From Macrostomum lignano (lineage: Eukaryota): a DNA stretch of 64,000 nucleotides. The stretch is taken from contig NIVC01000847.1 of the NCBI GenBank assembly GCA_002269645.1, positions 62,001-126,000 of the forward strand, written 5' to 3'. Shown here piece by piece: positions 40,946 to 51,478 of the stretch (its first letter is position 1; every line of letters begins with the position of its first letter). Below the pieces are notes generated by a model that saw only the letters and a program-made list of their open reading frames with translations, did no database searches and had not been told where the DNA came from. The position numbers and the translations under genes were made by a program.

Positions 40946-41759
40946 CGGTATTTTGTCTCTCCCCCAGCTGGTTTCACCCCGTCCTCCATGTCATAAACCT
41001 GTCACTCCACCTGACTTCTTCAAATTTCAATGCCATCCTCCCTACTGACAAGTTTGGCAATATTTTTACTTTAATTAATAGCACACGTCAGCGGAAAGAT
41101 GATCTGCCAATCCATCCAGACTTGATTGAAGCTGCTGGACAATGATTGTCGGCCATCATGGTACAACAAATAGGCTACTAAGGCTGGCAAAGCGCTCAGG
41201 CTAGCAACAGGATCCCCCCTGTCTCCCGAAGGCGTTCGCTTGCCTGCACAGATTTTTAATAGCTAAGCAATTATGCCGAATCGCTGGGGGATAGGGGGGG
41301 GGGGGTGCATGGACTGAGGCGAGGCTAAACCAGATCGGAAGGCTGTAATTTTCTATCCAACAAGTTCCAGATCGGATTTCCGCCCGCCCAATTGATAAAA
41401 GCTTGGCGGAAGACAAAGCCAAGCAATGAGCAGTGGCTTGCAGCAGTTTGGGGACAGTTTTAGAGAGAAATTAGCAACACGAACTGGAAAAGTGGCGAGC
41501 GCAGAGCAGCAGGCCTTGTGTTCCTTCCTCCTGTTGCGTCTGGCGTGTTTCCTTACACTCAGTGTGCACCTTGCTGTTGGCTAGCAGCAGCTTCTGCTTC
41601 TAATAGCTTAAATAATTGCTGGGGAGGACGGCTTCGAGTTCGCTTCATCAGATTTGTCAGGGGGGACCGTAGGGTGTGACGAATTCGATTCCTGAGCTGG
41701 ATTGCGTTTAGGGCTCAGGCGGGTGGATTCTAGATAATTCCAGCTTGCATTCCCTGCTC

Positions 41760-42690
41760 AACTGTCACTCATATTCTGTCACTCACATTCTGTCACTCAC
41801 ATGCTGTCACTCACATTCTGTCACTGCATTTTATCACTTACATTCTGTCACTCACATGCTGTCACTCACATGCTGTCACTCACATTCTGTCACTCATATT
41901 CTGTCACTCACATTCTGTCACTCACATGCTGTCACTCTCATTCTGTCACTCACATTCTGTCACTCATATTCTGTCACTCACATTCTGTCACTCACATGCT
42001 GTCACTCACATGCTGTCACTCACATTCTGTCACTCATATTCTGTCACTCACATGCTGTCACTCTCATTCTGTCACTCACATTCTGTCACTCATATTCTGT
42101 CACTCACATGCTGTCACTCACATTCTGTCACTGCATTTTGTCACTTACATTCTGTCACTCACATGCTGTCACTCACATGCTGTCACTCACATTCTGTCAC
42201 TCGCATTCTGTCACTCGCATTCTGTCACTCACATTCTGTCACTCTTATTCTGTCACTCACATTCTATCACTTAAGTTCCGTCACTCCCGAAGTGCCACTC
42301 CAAAACTGCTAATAACATTCTGTCACTCCCGAACAGTTACTAGCGAGCTTTCACTCACAAACTTTCACCCCTAAGCTATCACTTCCAAACTGTTACTCTC
42401 AAACTGTCTCTCCCAAACTGTCACTCTCAAACTATCACTTAGAAACTGTCACTCCTAAACTGTCACTCCTAAACTGTCACTCCCGAACAGTTACTAGCGA
42501 GCTTTCACTCTCAAACTGTCTCTCTCAAACTGTCACTCTCAAACTGTCACTCTCAAACTGTCACTCTCAAACTGTCACTCTCAAACTGTCACTCTCAAAC
42601 CGTCACTCCCATACTACCATTCGAAACTATTCACTCCCAACTTGCCCATCTCCATTCAGAGGTCACTATTCAACTGTCACTCCATAAAAC
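41760..42690. repeat. 14-bp minisatellites (TGTCACTCACATTC then TGTCACTCTCAAAC)
   Basis: Tandem units sharing the TGTCACTC core. Confidence 0.92.
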
Positions 42691-43557
42691 TTGCCTCTTT
42701 TGATCGTCCCTCTAATCGCTTCAGTCTGCTTTTACTGGCCATGCCGCGTGAGCGAACTGGGCATTGTTTTTAAGCCACTTATCCACCAGGTGTGTGCCCG
42801 GACAATCACAAAGTAAAAATCGAAGCACTTAGCACTTTTTGTTGGCGCAATTCAAGTCTAAATTAGCGACTGTTTACAGTATGCCTGTTGGCAGGTGTGT
42901 TCTCCGTTAAACACAACCTGTGCATTAATATTCTCAACCCATGCTAGCTAAATATGTAATCCAACAAATGCAAGCGAAGACCCTGAGGATTCATCAGTCA
43001 TAAAAATGACTGTGACGCAATGCTTGACAGCGCGGGGGGGGGGGCGGGGCCAACTTATCGCATTAAAAGGCTGGGATTTGAGACGTGTTTGAGGATTTTT
43101 AAGGCGACCAAGGCAGGTATGGATTTATAAAAGGGAAATCTGTCATAATTGATATGGACAAAACACTGAGGGGCGTCCCTCTCGATCTGTCTGCCTGTCC
43201 CTCTTCTCTCCTCCTCAAGACAACATGGTAGATGGAGGCCCTGTTTAATCCTTTAATGATAACGGAGACGGCATTTCTGGTTGGGGTGTGAGTCAATTTT
43301 TTCAGCTAAGAAGCAGGCCTTACTAACTAAATCGAAGCAATATTCGCTTTTCCTTTGCCTGGCTGTCGAACCGACTGGCGGAAAAAATTAATTTATTTTC
43401 TTTTATGACGGAGGGGTTGGATAATTTTTCCAATTAGAAACTCGAAGCGATACACCTGTATCTGGTAATTGCTATAAGCCACCTCTTCACCAGCTTAAAA
43501 ACCAGATTAAATTGGATTTTTAATTAACTGCAGGTTGGCTAAAATTACTTCACTTGC

Positions 43558-44240
43558 AGCGCTACTCTGTGTCTGCAGTGCTACTCTGTGTCTGCAGTGC
43601 TACTCTGTGTCTGCAGTGCTACTCTGTGTCTGCAGTGCTACTCTGTGTCTGCAGTGCTACTCTGTGTCTGCAGTGCTACTCTGTGTCTGCAGTGCTACTC
43701 TGTGTCTGCAGTGCTACTCTGTGTCTGCAGTGCTACTCTGTGTCTGCAGTGCTACTCTGTGTCTGCAGTGCTACTCTGTGTCTGCAGTGCTACTCTGTGT
43801 CTGCAGTGCTACTCTGTGTCTGCAGTGCTACTCTGTGTCTGCAGTGCTACTCTGTGTCTGCAGTGCTACTCTGTGTCTGCAGTGCTACTCTGTGTCTGCA
43901 GTGCTACTCTGTGTCTGCAGTGCTACTCTGTGTCTGCAGTGCTACTCTGTGTCTGCAGTGCTACTCTGTGTCCATGCAGTGCTACTCTGTGTCTGCAGTG
44001 CTACTCTGTGTCCATGCAGTGCTACTCTGTGTCTGCAGTGCTACTCTGTGTCTGCAGTGCTACTGTGTGTCTGCAGTGCTACTCTGTGTCCATGCAGTGC
44101 TACTCTGTGTCTGCAGTGCTACTCTGTGTCTGCAGTGCTACTCTGTGTCTGCAGTGCTACTCTGTGTCTATGCAGTGCTACTCTGTGTCTGCAGTGCTAC
44201 TCTGTGTCTGCAGTGCTACTCTGTGTCTGCAGTGCTACTG
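43558..44240. repeat. 19-bp minisatellite (CTACTCTGTGTCTGCAGTG)
   Basis: Near-perfect tandem units. Confidence 0.96.
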
Positions 44241-46873
44241 TGTTCTGTCTGTCTAAAAATCTGCAACTCAGCTTTCAAATTCAGCAAATTATAACTTGCC
44301 CAGCCAGAAGGCCTATTTTGGCACAAAAAGCATGAACTAGGGAGGGGGGGCAGCCACTAACTGAGAGGCCGGTCAAACAAATAATTGGTCACTTCGAGGG
44401 CGTGGGGAAGGGCGAGATTCGATGTGCACCTGAGCTCCAGCACTAGGGAATAATAAAATATTGCAGCCCCCGCATCTCGCACAATGTCTAATCCGACAAG
44501 CCTTTTTAAAAACTACAATCGCAGCTGGGAATTAAGTCTCTATTAGGCAGATGATGATGATGAGTTGAAAGCTTTAACAGGCAAAAAAGCCAGCGCCGAT
44601 ATGGCCTCGCGTTAAATAACAGTTCTGCGCAGTGATGCCCCCCCCCCTCATAGGACTCAGCTGGATGATATTCGACTAAAAGCACTCAGCTCTCTGAGAT
44701 CAGCCTATTACGAGTAGGCCAGGGGAGCGAAGGGGATAGATGGGTAAGACAGACATTTAATCTTGAATTGTTGCTACTTCAGCAAATTACAGATCAAAGA
44801 GTTTTAAGTAGAGGCTAAACCAGCAGCCAGCCAGGTGTCCGCGTGTCTTCCTCCCCCCCCCACCCCTTGCTTTCTCAGTCTCCGGTTGAGCTTCATCGCA
44901 TCTGCTCCTCCTGCCTCTCCCCAAACTGAGTCAGCTTCGCGGCACGTTGCTGAGTTGTCGGCAGCCCCCCCCCCACTTCCCCTATCCTCCTCAATTCACT
45001 TTGCTCTCTAAGGGATCCACTGTCTTGTACGCCCGCCCCCTTATTGCCTCTCTTTAACATATATATCCCATATCTCATTTCGCCCCTCTTTTTAGCAAAG
45101 TCATCAATCGTTTGAGTGGTTTAGCTTTCAATTATCCCCAACTCCCAATCCCCGACTCATCTTCTCTCGCTGGAGCTTCTCTGCTGTTAATACCTAGGGG
45201 CCTAAAAAGCTGCTTAGCCAGTGGCAGGTGGCAACAAGAAGCAGTGAAAGATCAAGGCTTAAAGCTCGCATGTTGTCTGTATCGCTTCCAATTCTTCTCG
45301 CTCTCCTCAAAGTCTCTGATCGACCTCTCCTCTTAGTTAGAGAAGCTCCCAGTTCTAGTCGGCCATGCAGCTTCTGGACTAGAATTAAAACGTTTTTTAG
45401 TGTGCAACGGTCGTCCCTTTCCTACTTTGTTGGGCTGTTTAACAGATTTAAATTCATTATTCCGTATACTGTACTCTCGCAATTTCAGACCGAAATAATT
45501 TTACCTCATATTTGTACATGTACGTACGTGGTGCATAAATAAGTGACCCACTGCACACTTATAAAATCAGATTGAAGTGTTTCTTTCATTTGCTTCTAAA
45601 GAGTAAGGCTGTTTGATTGATATAGATGTAAATGGTAAATAGAATTTAATTCTTTTTGGAAGCTCTTGCTTGTATAATGTCTATTGACAATGCAAAATCA
45701 ATGTCGTTGCAAACTAAAAAGGCTATATGTACGTGTATCATGATTATTGAGTTATTTAACATTGACAATCAAGCAAGAATAACATTTTTTGCGAAACCAT
45801 TAGACAACATATGTAGCTCCAGAATAAGTTTATTGTTTATTGAAGTGTTCCAGCCAAAAATCTTACGTGCGTACTTTATTTATTTATTTTAAATTAGCAA
45901 TGCTTCAAATTGTTTCCGTAGATTTAAGAAACTTTCGGGTACCGGCTTTCGGTTCAAACGTTTTGTAAGACTTAACAAAATATTTTATCTCACTCTTACA
46001 GTTTTTGGAGAAAAACTAATTCTATACAACAGAAAAATATGTTAATATTGACTAAACGTTAGTGTGTACTTGACAGAACTAAAAAATGAGGCGAAATTGC
46101 ATTATTAACGATAATTTGAATGTATTTATATTTTCGTATAACTTTGTCTTTAAAAATGGCGATCATGCATATTGAGTCACAATTGTAATAAAAATTTTTC
46201 TGTTTAATTTTTAGTTCATTGAAATAGAATTATGAAAGCATACGAAAAGCTGCTTGCTACCTTATACTATAGTGCACTAAGGTCATGCTTTTGCAAATTA
46301 TAGATGCTTAGTCAATAACAATAAGTCAGAAGATCTCATTATTATAAATGGATATATCATATTTATTCATATTTAGATGTTATTGTCAGTGCATGATTTG
46401 AAATCAAGACATTTTTTGTCTGCGCATTTATTTTTTATATCCAGTAACTATAAAAGTAAATAATACTTAATACAAATAGTTGTCGTTGAAGTTTTGACTT
46501 TTATACTTTTATGACGTAGTAAAGTTAGTTGTTTATAAAGATAAAAATTATGCAAGAATTATTTGTAAATCAAATTTTCCTTTATAAATGAATGTAATAA
46601 TCATTTTGATACTATTATTTATATCAATTAGTATAAGTCAAGATTAGAACAACCAATTTTATAGTTAGAAGTTAGTGTGTCAAAAAGAAAAAATACTTTG
46701 TTTTTCTTAAAACTTGTTTTTTTTTCTTTTTCATTCATTCTGCTAAAAATATTTGCTAAAGATTTTTAGAGTTTTAAACAACCTTTGTCGTTTTTTATAT
46801 TTAAAAATTAAAGTGAAATATCATTGCCTAACCAATCAATCTTCCTTTTCTTTCATGCTAAAAAACTTGAACA

Positions 46874-47249
46874 ATGGAGAATGGTATGCCATCTCAGACC
46901 TTCACTAGTGAGGACTACAGGCCACAATATGAAGGCGTGTTCTCAAACAACAAGTCCAGTGATTTTCTGCTTAAAGTACTCTTCATTCTAGCCCTATTTC
47001 TGGTCTTATTATTCTTTACTGCCTGGTATATTACGCGCAAGAATGTGAGGTTTCCAATGGCAACAGTGTGTCGGGTGACACCAACCAGTCTGCTACTTGG
47101 GGAATTCCTGCGCCAGTTCACCGAGCCATTCGTGCTGGTTGAATTTAATAAGCGACGAGACTGGCTGTTTGTTGTCAGCCAAGCTGATGTGGTTTATAGC
47201 TCTGCATTCACCTCCAAGCTGATTTATGCAAGGCCTCACCTGGCCTTTG
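46874..47249 (+). CDS. Cytochrome-P450-fold protein, exon 1 (membrane anchor and beta1 region)
   Basis: ATG at 46874; hydrophobic anchor FLLKVLFILALFLVLLFFTAWYI, basic TRKNVRFP, then EPFVLVEF...LFVVSQADVV...IYARP; donor TTTG|GTGAGT, phase 1. Confidence 0.8.
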
Positions 47250-47319
47250 GTGAGTAATCGGCGAGTATCCAAACCTTTTGTGTAATAAAAATTGCCTGGT
47301 GTTGTTTACGATTGTTAAG

Positions 47320-47655
47320 ACCTGGTGATTATTATGATGGTTATGATGATAATTATGATAATGATGATGATTATTATTATAATTATGATGATTATGATGA
47401 TAATTATGATGATGATGATTCTGATAATGATAATGATTATGATAATACGAGTAATTATGATTATGATGATTTTGAGGATGATTATGATGATGATAATATT
47501 TATTAGCTATGATGATTATGTTAATTATGATGATGATGATTATTATTATTATTATGATTATGAAGATAATTATGATGATAATTGTGATTATGATTATGAT
47601 TATTATGATGATGATTATGCTGATGATAAGCTATCAGGACAGTGATGATGATAAT
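47320..47655. repeat. (GAT/TAT/AAT)n trinucleotide low-complexity tract, CYP-like intron 1
   Basis: GATGATTATTAT-type runs. Confidence 0.92.
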
Positions 47656-47683
47656 TATCTATCTCCCGTCCCCCTCCCCCCAG

Positions 47684-48117
47684 ACGACTGGAAGGCCACA
47701 ACGGTGTACTCTTTGAACTACGAAGAGCTCCGCGTTGTCGGCCTGCTTTCGCGATTCGCAGTGGACGATCTGCTGCACTCGCACGCTCTGCTTGGCAACT
47801 GCGTTGACGAAGCGCTCGCCTGCCTTGGCGACCGGCTACGCGGCGACGGCGACGGCGGCGGCAACAATGCAGACAGCAAAGTCTCGGCCGATAACGCCAG
47901 CGCGTTTATTGACGAGTCGGTTGTGTCCGGCATCGTCCGAGCCTACCTGCTGGACGCCGTGTTCGGCGGCTCCGACCTGTGCGATGACCTGCAGCCGCAG
48001 TTGGACAGCATCTTGGACAAGTACATGGCCTTCTTCCGCTCCGCTCACCTGCTCAATCCCAATTGCGACGGGAACAGAATGCACCGACTGCAGGAGGATC
48101 TGCACGGCGAGATCCGG
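47684..48117 (+). CDS. Cytochrome-P450-fold protein, exon 2 (helices C-G)
   Basis: Acceptor CCCCCCAG|AC in phase 1; DDWKATT, LGNCVDEALACLGDRLRG (D-helix-like), FIDESVVSGIVRAYLLDAVFG (E-helix-like); donor CGG|GTGAGA, phase 0. Confidence 0.8.
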
Positions 48118-48224
48118 GTGAGAGTTCCGTCAGATTTCGCATTGGGCTATTTTGAGTACTGCGTCACTTTTTTCTATTGCTTCTTCTTCTCTGTCTTCCC
48201 TCTTCCCTTCTTTCACCCTTTCTC

Positions 48225-49140
48225 TTTTTTCTCCCTTCATTTCCATGTCCCTTCATTTCTCCATCCCTTCATTCCTATCTCCCTTCATTCCTTTCTCCCT
48301 TCATTCCTCTCTCCCTTCATTTCCATGTCCCTTCATTCCTCCATCCCTTCATTCCTATCTCCCTTCATTCCTTTCTCCCTTCATTCCTCTCTCCCTTCAT
48401 TCCTCTCTCCCTTCATTACTCTCTCCCTTCATTCTTCTCTCCCTTCATTCTTCTCTCCCTTCATTCCTCCATCCCTTCATTCCTCTCTCCCTTCATTCCT
48501 TTCTCCCTTCATTCCTCTCTCCCTTCATTCCTCTCTCCCTTCATTATTCTCTCCCTTCATTCTTCTCTCCCTTCATTCCTCTCTCCCTTCATTACTCTCT
48601 CCCTTCATTCTTATCTCCCTTCATTCTTCTCTCCCTTCATCTCTCCCCTCATTCTTATCTCCCTTCATTCTTCTCTCCCTTCATTCATCCATCCCTTCAT
48701 TCCTCTTTCCCTTCATTACTCTCTCCCTTCATTCCTCTCTCCCTTCATCTTTCCCTTCATTCTTATCTCCCTTCATTCCTCTCTCCCTTCATTCTTCATT
48801 CCTCTCTCCCTTCATTCCTCTCTCCCTTCATTCTTATCTCCCTTCATTCCTCTTTCCCTTCATTCCTCTCTCCCTTCATTCCTCTCTCCCTTCATTACTC
48901 TCTCCCTTCATTCTTATCTCCCTTCATTTCTCTCTCCCTTCATCTCTCCCTTCATTCTTATCTCCCTTCATTCCTCTCTCTCTTCATTCCTCTCTCCCTT
49001 CATTCCTCTCTCCCTTCATTCCTCTCTCCCTTCATTCTTATCTCCCTTCATTCCTCTCTCCCTTCATTCCTCTCTCCTTTCATCTCTCCCTTCATTCCTC
49101 TCTCCCTTCATTCCTCCCTTCAATTCTCTCCCTTCATCCC
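48225..49140. repeat. 16-bp pyrimidine-rich minisatellite (CCCTTCATTCCTCTCT), CYP-like intron 2
   Basis: Tandem units. Confidence 0.95.
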
Positions 49141-49314
49141 TCCCTTTATCCCTACCTTTATCTATCCCTTTATCCCTCTATCCTTTCAGGCCATCATTCC
49201 TCTCTCCCTTCATATTCTCCCTTCATACTTCTCTCCCTTCTATTTTCCCTTGTATTTGAATTCACAAGCTCTCTATATATCTATACGACACCCCCTGCAA
49301 CCAATCGAACTCAG

Positions 49315-49614
49315 GACTTTCTGGACCACTTCATGAGCGACACGCACAATAACCTGGTAGATCGCAGCGTGCCCAGCTTCGTTGAACGCTTCATCAAAGA
49401 GAAAATGTCGTTCGATCAGTGCGGCATCACCGACACAGATTTTGTCACGGCCAATCACATGGTTCAGGAGGCGCTGGACTTTGCCTGCTTGTCTCTGGCC
49501 ATTGTGCCCGATCTGGTGCACGCCTGCCTTGTTCGGGTGGCCGCTGCACCCGACCAGTTCTTTGCCGCGGTCAGCGTGGCCGACAACGACAGCGTTGAGG
49601 CTGCACTGGAAGAG
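49315..49614 (+). CDS. Cytochrome-P450-fold protein, exon 3 (helices G-K)
   Basis: Acceptor ACTCAG|GAC, phase 0; DRSVPSFVERFIKEK (H-helix-like), FVTANHMVQEALDFACLSLAIVPDL (I-helix-like), SVEAALEE; donor GAG|GTCTGA, phase 0; 300 nt. Confidence 0.8.
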
Positions 49615-49639
49615 GTCTGAGAGGAGTGGGGGAATGAAT

Positions 49640-50410
49640 AAACGAAGCCTCTGAGGGATAGGGAATGAAGCTCTGAGGGATAGGGAATCAAGCCTCTGAG
49701 GGATAGGGAATCAAGCCTCTGAGGGATAGGGAATGAAGCCTGAGCTGAGGGATAGGGAATGAAGCCTGAGGGATAGAGAATCAAGCCTCTGAGGGATAGG
49801 GAATCAAGCTCTGAGGGATAGGGAATCAAGCTCTGAGGGATAGGGAATGAAGCCTCTGAGGGATAGGGAATGAAGCCTGAGGGATAGGGAATGAAGCCTG
49901 AGGGATAGGGAATGAAGCCTGAGAGATAGGGAAAAGGGAATGAAGCCTGAGGGATAGGGAATCAAGCCTCTGAGGGATAGGGAATGAAGCCTGAGGGATA
50001 GGGAATCAAGCTCTGAGGGATAGGGAATCAAGCCTCTGAGGGATAGGGAATCAAGCCTGAGGGATAGGGAATGAAGCCTCTGAGGGATAGGGAATGAAGC
50101 CTCTGAGGGATAGGGAATGAAGCCTCTGAGGGATAGGGAATGAAGCCTGAGGGATAGGGAATGAAGCCTGAGGGATAGGGAATGAAGCCTCTGAGGGATA
50201 GGGAATGAAGCCTCTGAGGGATAGGGAATGAAGCCTGAGGGATAGGGAATGAAGCCTCTGAGGGATAGGGAATGAAGCCTCTGAGGGATAGGGAATGAAG
50301 TCTGAGGGATAGGGAATGAAGCCTCTGAGGGATAGGGAATGAAGCCTCTGAGGGATAGGGAATGAAGCCTCTGAGGGATAGGGAATCAAGCCTCTGAGGG
50401 ATAGGGAATG
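49640..50410. repeat. 21-23-bp purine-rich minisatellite (GAGGGATAGGGAATGAAGCCTCT), CYP-like intron 3
   Basis: Tandem units. Confidence 0.95.
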
Positions 50411-50504
50411 CAGAATCCTAAGGCATGGTTGGAGCAGACAAAGGATATGAGAGAGAACTGACACTAATCTAATCCCTAAAAAGCAACCGCGGCAAACTCT
50501 GCAG

Positions 50505-50873
50505 ATAATCCGCATAGAAGATATTGGCAGCGATACGGCGGTATTTCTGAGCACAGCTGAGCTGGTGTGCGCCGGCTGCCTGCTGCCCATGGGCTCCTGC
50601 GTGGCGGTGAATCTGCACGCTGTTAACCGCGACCCGCTGGTCTTCCAGTCGGCTGGCGAACTGCACTGGGACAGGTTCGCTCAACAGCCGGAGGGCGGCG
50701 GCATCTCCGGCTCGCCGTTGCAGGCCGTCCATGCTAAATCGCCGTTCTATCGATTCGCTCTGGCCCTGGCATCGGCGCTTGTGCAAGGCGTGCTGCTCAG
50801 GTACCGGCTGAGTCCGGGCAAGCAGCCTGATAGCTTTGCCTATACGGCTAGGCGGGAGGTGCCTGAGGAGTGA
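50505..50873 (+). CDS. Cytochrome-P450-fold protein, exon 4 (ExxR, meander, degenerate heme loop)
   Basis: Acceptor CTCTGCAG|ATA joins EE|IIR (ExxR); GCLLPMGSCVAVNLHAVNRDPLVFQSAGELHWDRF matches the P450 beta-sheet/meander pattern; no Cys after WDRF; four exons total 1479 nt = 492 aa. Confidence 0.82.
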   Translation: MIRIEDIGSDTAVFLSTAELVCAGCLLPMGSCVAVNLHAVNRDPLVFQSAGELHWDRFAQQPEGGGISGSPLQAVHAKSPFYRFALALASALVQGVLLRYRLSPGKQPDSFAYTARREVPEE

Positions 50874-50949
50874 GCAACTGTAGTGCTGCAGTTTGTGTGT
50901 GCGATATCTATGAACTTCAATTTTCAAGGTCTGTTCAATTAACACACAG

Positions 50950-51478
50950 TCAGTAGATAAGCACAATTTTGTGTCAGTAGATAAGCACAGTTTTGTGTCA
51001 GTAGATAAGCACCGTTTTGTGTCAGTAGATAAGCACAGTTTTGTGTCAGTAGATAAGCACAGTTTTGTGTCAGTAGATAAGCACAGTTTTGTGTCAGTAG
51101 ATAAGCACCGTTTTGTGTCAGTAGATAAGCACAGTTTTGTGTCAGTAGATAAGCACAGTTTTGTGTCAGTAGATAAGCACCGTTTTGTGTCAGTAGATAA
51201 GCACAGTTTTGTATCAGTAGATAAGCACAGTTTTGTGTCAGTAGATAAGCACAGTTTTGTGTCAGTAGATAAGCACAATTATGTGTCAGTAGATAAGCAC
51301 AATTCTGTGTCAGTAGATAAGCACAATTCTGTGTCAGTAGATAAGCACAATTCTGTGTCAGTCAGTAGATAAGCACAATTCTGTGTCATTAGATATGCAC
51401 ATTTATGTGTCAGTAGATAAGCACAATTCTGTGTCAGTAGATAAGCACAATTCTGTGTCAGTAGATAAGCACAGTTTT
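50950..51478. repeat. 24-bp minisatellite (GTGTCAGTAGATAAGCACAGTTTT)
   Basis: Tandem units just downstream of the CYP-like stop. Confidence 0.95.

Noticed and set aside
29214-44335. Repetitive ORFs at 29.2-30.4, 30.8-31.6, 35.0-36.1, 37-38.5, 41.7-42.4 and 43.5-44.3 kb
   Set aside because: All coincide with tandem arrays and have no domain or splice context.
47509-49620. 703-aa single ORF
   Set aside because: Chimera of intron 1 microsatellite, exon 2, repetitive intron 2 and exon 3 of the P450-like gene.
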